64,000 bases of DNA from Candidatus Bathyarchaeota archaeon (GCA_963767735.1 CAVYES010000004.1:320001-384000), one strand, 5' to 3'; positions 1 to 11,206 are shown, counted from the first letter of the stretch. The notes: generated by a model not told the origin, from the letters alone. Translations and numbers: made by a program.

Positions 1-103
1 GCAATAAATCTAATCTTCATATTCTATTTCGTATTAAGCAGTGAAACAAAGCAGAACCCTTCTCAGAATGCCCCGACCAGTTGAAATATAACCGTTCTCA
101 GGG

Positions 104-120
104 TGTTCTCAAAAAGAACA
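104..120. promoter_or_regulatory. Candidate operator palindrome TGTTCT-N5-AGAACA
   Basis: Perfect 6-bp arms upstream of the operon that includes a wHTH regulator (1093-1534). Confidence 0.3.
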
Positions 121-178
121 GGCTAAGGGTCGTGGTGTTCTTGGGGGAGTATTATTAGGCGCTTCGGCTAATAGATGA

Positions 179-1078
179 GTGGTGAAAAACCAAATGGTTG
201 AAAAAAAAGTAATCTTATGTGCAGTACTTGCAATAGCTATTGGAATCGCAACAGTCATACCAATGGAATACATGATGGCGGCCCAAACAAAAGGAAATGC
301 TGACTTGGCAAACGCTCAAGTTGTATCAACGCCTTGGTTCAACGTTAATGTTACATATGCTTATGTTAACCTTGACCAAAGTGGCTCAAATGGCACAGCG
401 TCATGGGACGGCGTTGAACTCAATGGACTTGCAAACGTCACATTGACCCCTGCTGGCATGGCTCTCAAAGGTGCAGACGCAAAAATAGAATACTATCAGT
501 TCCAGATCTCCTCTGACCAAGGACCAATCGCCAACGTAACCTACTCCGTCTGCTCAACCATAGAGGAAATAGGCTCTCATGGAAGCATAAACAACATTCC
601 AGGCATTCCAGGCGGAGGCTATATGGCAATAACAGGTTATGGTCCAGGCACCAGCTACACCTTTGCAAACGGTGTCACATACAACGGCATTCCAAACTAC
701 AACGGCTACTCCGGTGGATCAGGAGGCTTTACTGTATTCGTATATAACACCACCAGTACGCCAGGAGGACCAACCAACCAAACTTCTACTCAAGGATTCA
801 TCAGCTCATACATAGCAAGCTACAACGGAAACCAAAACCAAGCAGTAACTGAACTTAGAAACGCTAAAACATTAAGCATCGACGTAACCAGAATAGGCTC
901 AGTCAGCTACAACGGCAACGTCACGGTCAACATGGGACCAAGCAACCAAGTCCTGCAACATATAGTGCTTACAAAAGATGGCAACGCATTTATTTACGGA
1001 ACATGTAACCCAACGTTCCCAGTTCCAATCGAGAGCCCATCAAACCCCACCGGAGCTTGGCAAACAACGTATCCATAG
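179..1078 (+). CDS. Membrane-anchored/secreted hypothetical protein
   Basis: N-terminal KK + hydrophobic helix, Gly/Asn/Thr-rich extracellular body; real start may be ATG at 194. Confidence 0.75.
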   Translation: MVKNQMVEKKVILCAVLAIAIGIATVIPMEYMMAAQTKGNADLANAQVVSTPWFNVNVTYAYVNLDQSGSNGTASWDGVELNGLANVTLTPAGMALKGADAKIEYYQFQISSDQGPIANVTYSVCSTIEEIGSHGSINNIPGIPGGGYMAITGYGPGTSYTFANGVTYNGIPNYNGYSGGSGGFTVFVYNTTSTPGGPTNQTSTQGFISSYIASYNGNQNQAVTELRNAKTLSIDVTRIGSVSYNGNVTVNMGPSNQVLQHIVLTKDGNAFIYGTCNPTFPVPIESPSNPTGAWQTTYP

Positions 1079-1092
1079 GTTGTTGGCATAAA

Positions 1093-1534
1093 GTGGCTAA
1101 CGACGAACTCGAAGGCAACACATTAAACGTCTACGCATATGTAGTTCACGCAGCTAAGCCAGTGGGAACAAGAGAGGTAACAAGAGGAGCAAACATTAGC
1201 AGTACAAGCGTTGCGTCCAGGCAATTGCAGAAACTTGAAGACATGGGCTTAATCGAAAGAAACGAGTTATGGCGATTACATCCTAAAGGAGAAAACAAAC
1301 ATCAACGGGCACGTCTGGGTTGGACGAAACCTCGTACCACGATTGATGTTCTACTCCCTATTTTTTCTCGGAGCTTTCGCAGCCGAGATAACAATAATAC
1401 TCCTAAGCGCACTAATAAAGGGCTTTGTGGTTCAAGTCAGCTTCTACTTCTTAACGGGCATGACTGGCGTTGCTATGGCTCTCTTCCTGCTTGAGGGAGT
1501 CGAGTTATACCGTAAGCTTAACCCAAAGTATTGA
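1093..1534 (+). pseudogene. Winged-helix regulator with two C-terminal TM helices, +1 frameshift near 1264
   Basis: GTG at 1093; wHTH (VGTREVTRGANISSTSVASRQLQKLEDMGLIERN) continues in another frame as SYGDYILKEK...GRNLVPRLMFYSLFF + 2 TM; may be a sequencing indel. Confidence 0.7.
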
Positions 1535-1936
1535 TACCGTCACGGAAAAGCCCATGCAGTTACGCTACTGACGCTAATGACACTATTTCCCCTACTCTTC
1601 TGATGGCTAGACATTTTTAAGCGGATTCTATGTAAGAAAATAGCAAATAAAAAAAAGGGGAACGCAGAAGCGAAAAATCTACTGTTGACATCAAAAGCCG
1701 AAGCCTAGACCAAACTAGACTATGACCAAATTTATAACTAAAAGATGAATTGACTTATCAAAAAAAGGAAGGATACAGTATAAATGCCCTTCTGGAAGAG
1801 TGAGTCCTTCGACTGCGCCAACTTATGCTATAAAAACTACTAGATTTTTTATCCCCTTTTCTTTTTTTGTTTGATCCTTAGGGTGCAGGAAGCGTGGCCG
1901 TAGGCCGCTTTGGGCAGTGAGTTATCATTTTGCAGA

Positions 1937-2527
1937 TCACGTTGTTTTTGGAGTGACTATCATTCCTAACACTAATCCACTGGGAAATGATTCTTCTCCA
2001 CTTGCATTAACAGGGTTACCTATGTTAACGCTAAGCGTATACTGGCCTAATGGCGCATTTGGCGCTAACTTGATTGTGAGAATGGTTGAGTTAGACATGT
2101 TTGGCTGCAGAGCCACCTGATTAGGGCTAAAAGAGTAGTTGAAGGCTTGTTGCTGAATAAGCGCTTGACCATTTTGCTCTACCTCGGGAAAGTCATTATC
2201 GTAATTTATGGTGCTATTGTAATAAATTACTGTCAGATTTTCCATCGGTACGTTTATCGTTTGATTAGTCTCTGATGAAATCGTTATATTTACCTGCAAC
2301 GGTAGCCCTTGCGAAACATTATTGAAATACCACGCGAATCCAGGAACTTCTGTAACTCCTGGGTTTAGAACGGTTACATAACTTGCTACATACCATGGGG
2401 GATTCAAAATTTGACCTGGCATAAATGGGGGTTTACCAGTGTTGAGCGTGTTGTTAGCTATTATTCCAGCGCTTATAGCAACTATCGCAAGAAAAGCCAA
2501 GATTCCAGCTTTAGCCGCCTTGTTCAC
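1937..2527 (-). CDS. Single-pass membrane-anchored protein with Ig-like extracellular domain
   Basis: N-terminal TM; beta-rich domain ending APNAPLGQYTLSV. Confidence 0.7.
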   Translation of the reverse strand: MNKAAKAGILAFLAIVAISAGIIANNTLNTGKPPFMPGQILNPPWYVASYVTVLNPGVTEVPGFAWYFNNVSQGLPLQVNITISSETNQTINVPMENLTVIYYNSTINYDNDFPEVEQNGQALIQQQAFNYSFSPNQVALQPNMSNSTILTIKLAPNAPLGQYTLSVNIGNPVNASGEESFPSGLVLGMIVTPKTT

Positions 2528-3000
2528 TTTTATCGAGCCCCTTTCTGCTTTAGGGATTAGATAATAAACGTAACAGAATATTTAACGCTTCATAATGGAA
2601 CGGCTATTACACTGTTCTTCTCAAGAGGCTTGTCCAGTTTTCTGGGCATTACTTATTTCTGAAGATAAGTGTGACTTACATTTCTAAGCAGTGCATATTG
2701 TCGATGATGGTTAGGCTACCGTTCTAAAAGATAGGTTAAAGAGCAAATTCAAGCTGAAGTAAATAGGGTGAAATAAGTGCGAGGGCTTTCCCACAGACCG
2801 GTGGGGATTGCTGTCCTTTGATGGAAATCGTTGCTGTCTCGGCGATTGTAGTCTATCATTTTGAAAGTCAACAAATTAAGAATGGAAACATTAATTCTTT
2901 TACAAATAGAAGGCACTCTGTCAACGCCGTCAAATCCTGCTACTACAACCACAGATGCATCTCCAATCTCAAAGGATAAGGCGACGTGTGGCGAAACGTT

Positions 3001-3522
3001 TTATGGCGCTGGAAAGGCTCCAAGCCAACCAAACACTAATTCATAGTGATCTACATCGTGTTGTTGAGTTGTAGTCATGTATATATTAAATGATAAAGTT
3101 TCGCCGTTGCTCAAGCCCTGTTGATTATAATTAGGGTGTGAATCAGGCGGGATGAACTCTTGAGCATTTATCTGTGTGCCGTTCTTATCATATTCTTTAG
3201 CGATCAGAATAAACCACGCATACCCTGTATTATCTTGAGTCAAGTTGTTTGGTGGAGGTTGTTGAGGTGTGTAGTCATTTCTGACTGTTACATTTATTAT
3301 GAAGCAGGGAGTTCCGTCGTATTTGCCGTAACTTGAATTTGCTGACAACAGATAGATGCTACTGTTAACTATGTAACTAGGCGCTGGAGGTTCAACAACT
3401 GCTGCAGAAGGGCCTACACTAGCTGTTGAATTCGCAGTTAACTGCAAGAAAACAACTATTCCTGTTACAATTACTATCACCATAACAACTATAATTTCGA
3501 GAGTTCTCCTTCGAAATTTCAT
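3001..3522 (-). CDS. Single-pass membrane-anchored hypothetical protein (paralog of 12020-12555)
   Basis: N-terminal TM; CFIINVTVRNDYTPQQPPP motif shared with the 12217-12555 product. Confidence 0.75.
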   Translation of the reverse strand: MKFRRRTLEIIVVMVIVIVTGIVVFLQLTANSTASVGPSAAVVEPPAPSYIVNSSIYLLSANSSYGKYDGTPCFIINVTVRNDYTPQQPPPNNLTQDNTGYAWFILIAKEYDKNGTQINAQEFIPPDSHPNYNQQGLSNGETLSFNIYMTTTQQHDVDHYELVFGWLGAFPAP

Positions 3523-3811
3523 GTTAATGATTCGCCCGTCTTTTCTTTTCTACACTATACTATAAGTCGATTCTTATTTATGCAGCTTTAGAACGAGGTT
3601 GTCAATGAACACGCGGTTATGTTCGTAGATTTTAAAGCGTATTCGGTGCCCTGGCTATTATCCTTACACGAAACGATACGCCGTCAGCAGTGCTTTGTAA
3701 ACGCCTCTAACCGTCTTACCTAACAAAGCCATAAACAAGCCCTTCCTAACATTTAGGTAAGAAAGTCCCTCTCACTCCACATCAAGGGTCTTTAGTTAAT
3801 TTTGGAAGCTC

Positions 3812-4915
3812 TTGCTGATTTAAAACCTTATAAGCCGAAAGCATCCAAATAGAATTTGGGGCACTAAAATGTTTCAATATTCATACGCAGCCCAATCAGG
3901 AATACCAACGCTGCAAGAACATTTGGAGCTGCCTGCTAAAACCAAGAAATGTTTCAATAAAAAACTCTTCATCCCTCTAGTCGCCGCGACAGCAATCATA
4001 GTCGTGATTGTTGCGCTTTTGCTCCCTTCGGGATCTGCAACTATACAGTTAAACGTCAACTACAACGTCGGCGAAAAAATGATCTACAACACCACGGATA
4101 CTACAACGTTATTGAATTTACCAAGCGGTAGCAACCTCCAACCCGAAAACAGCACCACCACCAGCACTGGACAGGAAATCATGGACGTACTAAGCTTTGA
4201 CGGACAAACATACACGATTAACGATACAGTCACATTGACCATTGAAGGTCTAACTAACCTAAACAACCTTAACAGACCATTCAGCATCTCTACAACTGAA
4301 GAAATCAACAGAACAGGCTACGAAGAGAGATTCTTAAGCTTCCTAAACACAACTACACAGCTCCCATCAAACGAATTAAACAGCAACCAAGATCTTGAGC
4401 AATTGCTAAGTGTACCCGAAGTAAAAGTTGGCGACACGATAACCATACCAGAACAATCTTTGCTAGGAAACTTATCCTCAGCAAACTTGGAAGTAACGGG
4501 GTATCTGACAATGACATTCAAGGGCTTTCAGGATTTAACTGTACCTGCTGGAACCTTCAGGGTATTTGAAGTAGACTTAGTAAGCCATGACGTATCGACA
4601 ACCATGAAACTGCAGCTGCCAGAAATCACCCCAGAACCGACTCCACCCCTAAACTTATCTTTGACCTATGTTGGAAACTCACCAATTCCTCAACAATCTA
4701 TCACTCCGCATTTAGCCACTTTTACATCAACATCGACCTCGAATATGACTGAGCAGACTTTCATAGAAGTCAACACCATGCGGCTAATCCAAACGACATC
4801 AGACGATACATTCATCACCCAAACACCAAATGGGAACTACACATCGATCTCAATAAGCGCGGAGACCCTCAATCAAGATATTAACCCATAGAAACTTTTT
4901 AGATTGCGCTTGTGG
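3812..4915 (+). repeat. Copy 1 of ~1.1-kb inverted duplication (promoter + CDS + 3' flank)
   Basis: Near-identical to the reverse complement of 21148-22248, including ~57 bp upstream and ~24 bp downstream. Confidence 0.95.
3869..4891 (+). CDS. Membrane-anchored hypothetical protein (TVPAGTF motif), copy 1
   Basis: TM at aa ~33-53; LTVPAGTFRVF motif typical of beta-rich extracellular domains; upstream TATA-like ccttataa. Confidence 0.85.
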   Translation: MFQYSYAAQSGIPTLQEHLELPAKTKKCFNKKLFIPLVAATAIIVVIVALLLPSGSATIQLNVNYNVGEKMIYNTTDTTTLLNLPSGSNLQPENSTTTSTGQEIMDVLSFDGQTYTINDTVTLTIEGLTNLNNLNRPFSISTTEEINRTGYEERFLSFLNTTTQLPSNELNSNQDLEQLLSVPEVKVGDTITIPEQSLLGNLSSANLEVTGYLTMTFKGFQDLTVPAGTFRVFEVDLVSHDVSTTMKLQLPEITPEPTPPLNLSLTYVGNSPIPQQSITPHLATFTSTSTSNMTEQTFIEVNTMRLIQTTSDDTFITQTPNGNYTSISISAETLNQDINP

Positions 4916-5083
4916 CCACGCTCTGTGCTTCACCTCTAATGTCATTTGCAATGGTGCCTTTCTGCCCGTTCTTAACGCTATAAGCCGTTAAGACAAGGTT
5001 GCTCACCCCAATGAGAAGCATGAGACTCAAGTTATCACGAATTTAGGAACACGCATGCGAGCGCCTTTTGCGGTCGCTAATGG

Positions 5084-6433
5084 TCAGGGCTGGGTCTGAT
5101 AGACGTATTCGTAGGAAGATGGCAGTGGGCATTGTGGATCAGCGTAGACGATGTCAGTTCTCAACCCGTGCTGCTGCAGAACCGTTTGCATAAGATTATA
5201 ATATTGCACGGTTGCGTTGTCTGGCTGAAAGATTCCCCAAATATGGTCTGTCGGCCACCTAGCCCCCCAACCATAGTCTGCCGGTAAAACAAGCACCGCG
5301 TCAGCTTTGATTGAGCCTTGAGTTATCTTGTGGTTTACAGCATCGTCCCAGAAGGTCTGCATTGAATTGAAGTCTTGTTGGGTTATAGTGCCATAGGCGG
5401 ATTGGTTGTTAGGGTAGTAATCGAATACGATTATGTATTTGGCGCCGCATTCATATGAGTCAGTCATTTGACTGAGTATGTTAGTTGAGTTATCAAGGTA
5501 GGGAGGTTGCTGGTATTTCCAGGTTATTATAGTTCCCCACTCTTTGCCCTGCAGTGTGGCTGCTCCCCTAATGAATGCAATCTGCTGCGTAACCGACAGA
5601 TTCCACCCTAGTTGCCCTAGCACAACATCGTATCCTGAGAGATAATCGAACCAGAAAAACGCATAATCCGAAGTGAAAACCTTGGCTCCGTTAGTTTTAA
5701 TAAAGTCGATGCTGCTTTGGTCATTTTCCTCGAATCTTTGGGCAGTGTCTGCGAGACTGTTAAAAGGACGGCTGGAGTTGAGCTCTTGGTAGCTTGTATA
5801 GTCGAAGTCGGCTAGCCCATTTGTGGCCTTTACAATTTGGATCGTGCCGTTGGGGTAGAAGGTGGCTTCGTTATCGATGTTTGAATTGCTGGTTGGGTCG
5901 GGCTGGTAGAGGTTGATGTCGCCGTTCATTTCGTACTGGATGATGACGCCGTCCGGTTTCTGGACGACGATGTCTCCGTATTCGGTTTTGGTGATTGTGT
6001 CGCTTGTGGCTGAATCATTAAAGTAGACGTAGGAGTCAAGCATTTTTCCGCCTGGTTCGTCGCCGTAGTAGACACCTAAAAGATGGCTTCCCCACCGCTG
6101 TTCGGCGCTGACGAGCCAAGCCGCGAAGGTCGATGGCACGTAGGCGCCAAAGTAAGGCAGGAAGTACATTCCCGCCGCTACAGCGTAGTCACCAAGCTCG
6201 TTGACGCTGTTGAAATCCTGCTCTAAAACTCCTGACTGTAACACAAAAAGGTTCGCGTAACCTTTCACCTTATCAACCAACTGTTCACCCTGCGCCACAG
6301 AGTTGCCGCCGAAGGACACACCAACAAACGTGTTCGTGAGCTTCTGGTCAGGTCGGTTCGTGTTGAGTATGACAGCGACCAGGGCAACGGTGATGATTGC
6401 CACGAAAAGCATTCCAGCAAGCGTTCGATTCAT
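5084..6433 (-). CDS. Secreted/anchored putative glycoside-hydrolase-like TIM-barrel protein (paralog of 13948-15501)
   Basis: Start MNRTLAG at 6433 with TM; GVYYGDEPGGKMLD and FTSDYAFFWFDY motifs shared with the paralog; function inferred. Confidence 0.7.
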   Translation of the reverse strand: MNRTLAGMLFVAIITVALVAVILNTNRPDQKLTNTFVGVSFGGNSVAQGEQLVDKVKGYANLFVLQSGVLEQDFNSVNELGDYAVAAGMYFLPYFGAYVPSTFAAWLVSAEQRWGSHLLGVYYGDEPGGKMLDSYVYFNDSATSDTITKTEYGDIVVQKPDGVIIQYEMNGDINLYQPDPTSNSNIDNEATFYPNGTIQIVKATNGLADFDYTSYQELNSSRPFNSLADTAQRFEENDQSSIDFIKTNGAKVFTSDYAFFWFDYLSGYDVVLGQLGWNLSVTQQIAFIRGAATLQGKEWGTIITWKYQQPPYLDNSTNILSQMTDSYECGAKYIIVFDYYPNNQSAYGTITQQDFNSMQTFWDDAVNHKITQGSIKADAVLVLPADYGWGARWPTDHIWGIFQPDNATVQYYNLMQTVLQQHGLRTDIVYADPQCPLPSSYEYVYQTQP

Positions 6434-6657
6434 CCTGAGTCCCAAAGTAGAATATATCAGGCAGTTGAAGATAAAATTTTTCAAATTGGCGCTCGGAAAA
6501 AAGGAAGTCGCCGCAAAGCAGGGTTCCAAGAGGTAGCAAACCTGCGTTTAACTGAGACGCTTGCTTGGACAAATGTACAACAGATTTCGGTTCCATGACC
6601 CTTCTGGGAAAAATTAAAATAAGCAAAGTTGCTATAGCACAAGTGAAGGCTTGGCTG

Positions 6658-9258
6658 ATGTTAAGTCGCTTTCAGAAAGTCTTACTTATCAGCTTATTAG
6701 TCAGCGGGATGCTTCTCCCCGCAGAGGTTTCTTTCGTTTCATCCGCTCAGGGCAACATATTCATAAACAGCATGTCCACCAGCAAGGTCGGGCAAATCAT
6801 TCAATCAGGAGGACAAGTAAACCTCTATTTGGGCTATGTAATGTGGGCAACTGACGCCTCTACGATGTACCTGTTCATGAGTACAGATAACTCACCAACG
6901 ATTACGTCAGGCGACTTCGTCTATACTCCGCAATTGACCATCGCCAACGTGGAATCCGCGACAGGGACAACTAGCTACAGCGACAACGACGGCGGTGCAT
7001 GGGTCGTTGGCAACGGCTGGGTCAACGGCACAATAGCACAAAATCTTGCCTTGGGAAACTACTATATTAAAGCTTTCGACCAAAGCAGCAGCAGTAGCGA
7101 AGTCGCGGTAACGGACACCTACATCACCGTCAACACGAAAACATACAATTCAACCCTGAACATTAGTCCATCGGCTGGACCAGGAGGCGTTACGATTCAG
7201 TTCACAGGCTCCAGTTATCCGCCAAACGCTCAAGTTGCAATTTCGTACTACAACCCCACTTTTGGAACTTGGAACCTGATGACTACAACAACCGCTAACC
7301 AAACGGGAAATATCATCGCCACGTCCCAAGCTCCTGACCTCCAGAAATCCCTCCCAAGCGGCGACTCCCCTCAACAGTTCAACCAGATATCCTATAGCGC
7401 CTCGGTCAACTCAATCGTCTACGCCACCGCCAACTACGACGAATATGAACGTGGCTTGTCCATGGTGGGAAATGCGGTCGCCAATGGACTGTACGGCAAC
7501 GGCACTAACTTGGTCACCACAGTCAAAGTTATGCCGGGAGATAGCCTGACCATAGCTGGTCAATGGTTCTGTCCAGGCATAGTCTACATCAGATGGGACG
7601 GGTCGCAGGTCGTTGGCACGGTCACGGCTGACCAATGGCAAAATGCAACAGTCCTAGGCACCACCGCTGCGGGCACAAATGGCACTTTTGAAACCACGGT
7701 GACTATTCCGCAGGCGGAGACAGGTGACCACTACATCCAAATCGAGGACTCACAGACATGGATGGTTGTAACCGTCTTCCTCAGCACCGGAACCCTCTCG
7801 GTTACGCCAAGCAGCGGTCCAGGAGGTGCCACCGTCCAATTCACGGGCACACTTTACCCAGCATCAACCGCAGTGAACTTCACCTACTTGAACCCGACCT
7901 ACGACACCTGGGATTATATGGCGACAACCACGTCGGATTCTTCAGGTAACATCGCCCTAAGCTGCCAGATGCCGGACTTACAATACGTGTATTCACAAGG
8001 CGACTCAGGCTCAGAAAATGCGAGCTTAGGTGCTCTATCATTTATGACAGAAATCAACGGCGCGGTATGGGCCTACGTAACCTACAACGAGCAGTACCGT
8101 GGCTTAGAACAAGTTGGCAACGCGATTGCCAGTGGACTCTATGGCAACGGAACTAACCTGGCGTCAAGCGTCACCGTGACTCCAGGCAGCAGTATTGTCA
8201 TCTCAGGCGAAGGCTTCCATCCAGGCATCATTTACATTCGATTCGACGGTTCAGCATTCGTCGGCACCGTAACTGCAAGCCAATGGCAATCTGCCCAAAT
8301 CTTAGCTTCAACAGCCGCCAGCGCAGGAGGCGACTTCTCAACCTACGTGACGATTCCCACAGCGCAGGCGGGTTCCCACTTCATTCAGGTTGAAGACTCC
8401 CAGACATGGATGGTTGTAACCATAAACGTGGCAGGCTCAACGTCGCCTACACCGACGCCGACTCCATATCCGTCGTCAACTCCAACGCCCACTCCAAGCC
8501 CAACAGCAATCCAGACACCAAGTCCAACTCCAGCATCAAAACTGCCATCCCCGAATTTATCTTTCTGTTGCATAAGTTCTACGACAACTTCTGGATTTAA
8601 CGTTCAAATTCAGGGTTCACTAACATATAATGGAGTAGGCTTATCTGGTGCTGGAATACAGCTTTCTGGCAGCGTCACAGGCGGAGTCACTTGGCAAGAC
8701 TTAACTTACGTAAACACAGATAATAACGGAAGTTTCACGTGCGTGTGGACCCCTTCTGTTTCAGGAAATTATGGCATTAAGGCAACGTGGTCAGGCAACA
8801 GCGACTATTCAAATGCAAGTGCAGAATACAACTTTGCAATTGCCCCTTTCAACAATCAAGAACAAAATGTCTTTTCTGCAACTTCAAATTCAACGCTTAC
8901 AAGCTTAACGTTTGACTCAACAACAAATGAGTTAAGCTTCGGCGTCTCAGGACCTTCAGGAACAACAGGAGTGACGACGGTTTGCATTCCACAATCACTT
9001 ATTCCCGATATTTCAAAACTCACTGTAATGTTAGACGGCACATCAATTAATTATACTTCAATTTCGGAAGGCAATGTTTGGCTAATAACTTTTATTTATC
9101 ATCACAGTAGCCACACCGTAGTTATAGCACTCGGGGTGTCCACTGTTCCGGAGTTTCCAACGTTGATAATTCTGCCACTTTTTGCAATAGCCATACTGCT
9201 ATCAACTGTATTTATCAGAAAGAGAATACCCAAAAAGAACATTACTTTTCTTGATTAA
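6658..9258 (+). CDS. Large surface protein: two tandem Ig-like repeats, Pro/Thr linker, Ig-like module, PEF-CTERM-type sorting signal
   Basis: Signal peptide from ATG 6658; two ~210-aa repeats (SPSAGPGG...DSQTWMVV); TVPEFP + TM + basic tail. Confidence 0.85.
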   Translation: MLSRFQKVLLISLLVSGMLLPAEVSFVSSAQGNIFINSMSTSKVGQIIQSGGQVNLYLGYVMWATDASTMYLFMSTDNSPTITSGDFVYTPQLTIANVESATGTTSYSDNDGGAWVVGNGWVNGTIAQNLALGNYYIKAFDQSSSSSEVAVTDTYITVNTKTYNSTLNISPSAGPGGVTIQFTGSSYPPNAQVAISYYNPTFGTWNLMTTTTANQTGNIIATSQAPDLQKSLPSGDSPQQFNQISYSASVNSIVYATANYDEYERGLSMVGNAVANGLYGNGTNLVTTVKVMPGDSLTIAGQWFCPGIVYIRWDGSQVVGTVTADQWQNATVLGTTAAGTNGTFETTVTIPQAETGDHYIQIEDSQTWMVVTVFLSTGTLSVTPSSGPGGATVQFTGTLYPASTAVNFTYLNPTYDTWDYMATTTSDSSGNIALSCQMPDLQYVYSQGDSGSENASLGALSFMTEINGAVWAYVTYNEQYRGLEQVGNAIASGLYGNGTNLASSVTVTPGSSIVISGEGFHPGIIYIRFDGSAFVGTVTASQWQSAQILASTAASAGGDFSTYVTIPTAQAGSHFIQVEDSQTWMVVTINVAGSTSPTPTPTPYPSSTPTPTPSPTAIQTPSPTPASKLPSPNLSFCCISSTTTSGFNVQIQGSLTYNGVGLSGAGIQLSGSVTGGVTWQDLTYVNTDNNGSFTCVWTPSVSGNYGIKATWSGNSDYSNASAEYNFAIAPFNNQEQNVFSATSNSTLTSLTFDSTTNELSFGVSGPSGTTGVTTVCIPQSLIPDISKLTVMLDGTSINYTSISEGNVWLITFIYHHSSHTVVIALGVSTVPEFPTLIILPLFAIAILLSTVFIRKRIPKKNITFLD

Positions 9259-9425
9259 CCTTGAGCATTTTAGCCTATTTCTAAGCTTTTCAGATTTAAG
9301 ACTTATCTACTCTAAATAGCGAGGTTCTTAACCCTTGAATGCACTCGGCAATAGCACTGCACGCTTTTTGCGTCAAGAAATCTTTACAAGAACCCTTTTA
9401 TCGAAAACCGTCTCTAAGACTAAAT

Positions 9426-10378
9426 ATGCGTAGTATCAGCAGAGTTTCTCGTTGCTTCTTATTCTTATCTTAGCTGTGTCAAGTCTAATAATGGCTAAAC
9501 CAGCGTTTGCTCAGACACCATCGCCTACGCCAACTCCTGTTTCAACGCTCTCTCCAACCCCAGTACCAACCACAACTCCAACTCCAACGCCAACTCCAGT
9601 GCTGACTGCAACCACACCTGAACCACCAGTGCCAACCGAAACCCCTTATCCAACGGTTCATAGTTCAACGTTGCAAGTTCCACAATTTACAATTCAACTT
9701 GGTAACCACTCGTACGAGGTACCACCAGTTACCACCACTACGACAAACCCGTACACGGGACAACAAACCACAACTACCCAACCTGGTTATTATGTGGAAA
9801 ACGAAACTATTGACTTCACCATTGTCAATCAGCCTCACACTTCAGTATTTGTCCCAGAATACTACGGAATAGACCTGTACTATGACATACGCTACAAAGG
9901 GCATTTTGAAGATACCTGGACTGAACTTTACACATATGATGAAGATGAAAACATATTGCCAACCGCAACAAATTCCACATACACCTTAATTTCAATTCCC
10001 CAAAGCTATCCTTTTGACGCTCAAGTAGATTTTCAGATTCGAGCAATAAACGGAACTATCACTTCAGACTATCCAGGTATTAACCAACCTTTTGCCTATT
10101 GGACATATCAATCAAGCGGCTGGAGCAACATCGAAACAATAAACGTAACCGATGGTTCAGTTACTATTACGCCATTCTCCAATCCAACGCCTATCCCGAC
10201 TTCAATTTCAACGTCCAGCCCAACACCAATGCTGTCACCAACATCTACTTCAACACCTTCGCCAACGCCTACCGTCCCAGAGTTTCCAGCTTTGATGATT
10301 CTGCCACTTTTTGCAGTAGTAATTCTGCTATCAATTGTAGCAAGAAAGAGAAATAGCCTTAGAAATGTCAGTGATTGA
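9426..10378 (+). CDS. Pro/Thr-rich PEF-CTERM surface protein; one base missing in the signal peptide near 9441
   Basis: ATG 9426 (MRSIS) is out of frame with ...FSLLLILILAVSSLIM; ends TVPEFP + TM + RKR. Confidence 0.75.
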
Positions 10379-10981
10379 ATGAATAAAAAAATAATAGCTC
10401 TATCAATTTTGATAGCTATACTTTTCGTAAGTGCGATTGTAGGAACGGTATTTTATTATAACGACAAAATAGCTAATAAAAACAGCCAAATTTCAAACCT
10501 TAAAAGTCAAATAAAGTATTTAACTTCTGCAAATCTTACAACTGCGTTATTGATAACTGAAATACCTTATATTCAATTTCCTTATGGTGGTCCACCACCT
10601 GATAATTTTTTCTTCCCTGATGACCTTCTCATAAATGGTTCAGTAACTAATGAAGGAGGCTCTGTAGCGTTTAACACTGGATTACATGTTGTTGCTTATG
10701 CTTCCAATGGAACATTAGAAGTAAACATGACTGTTCCTTTGATTGACGGTAGAAAGGTATTCGGAACGGACGCTGCAACGGACGCTTTTGTTTCAAGTTA
10801 TTACAAAGATTACTTAGGCACGTTACAACTTGGGTATTTAGTTAGCGGGCAGACTGTAACCCTTGATATAAATATTTATCACGAAGGCACTGCTTCTAAT
10901 TGGAATGCGACAGCGGTGTGGGACAAATTCTCCATAATCATCAAGTTTCTTTCTATTCTACAAAGTACATTAAACGGCTAG
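10379..10981 (+). CDS. Membrane-anchored protein with short coiled coil
   Basis: N-terminal TM, NKNSQISNLKSQI heptads; removing one G at 10920-10922 would give a VWTNSP-stop ending. Confidence 0.7.
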   Translation: MNKKIIALSILIAILFVSAIVGTVFYYNDKIANKNSQISNLKSQIKYLTSANLTTALLITEIPYIQFPYGGPPPDNFFFPDDLLINGSVTNEGGSVAFNTGLHVVAYASNGTLEVNMTVPLIDGRKVFGTDAATDAFVSSYYKDYLGTLQLGYLVSGQTVTLDINIYHEGTASNWNATAVWDKFSIIIKFLSILQSTLNG

Positions 10982-11206
10982 GGCTATTAACGAGTTCATT
11001 CAAGGGTTTAAAATGTATTAACTAAGGTCTAATTATTGATTGAAAGGTGCTAAGTACTGATTTTTCATTTGATTCAATTTCCCATAAATCAGTTCCATGC
11101 TTGAAAGTAAATTATCTTTCCCACATCACATAATATCGGGACAAGGCAGCTCGCTAAAAGTTATATGTTCTAAAGTATAGAATTAATAATAACAGTTCTT
11201 CCATCT

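Noticed and set aside
8440-8540. Tandem CCAACT-like microrepeats (also 9510-9650, 10180-10275, 58675-58720, 58985-59050)
   Set aside because: They encode ordinary Pro/Thr/Ser linkers of surface glycoproteins
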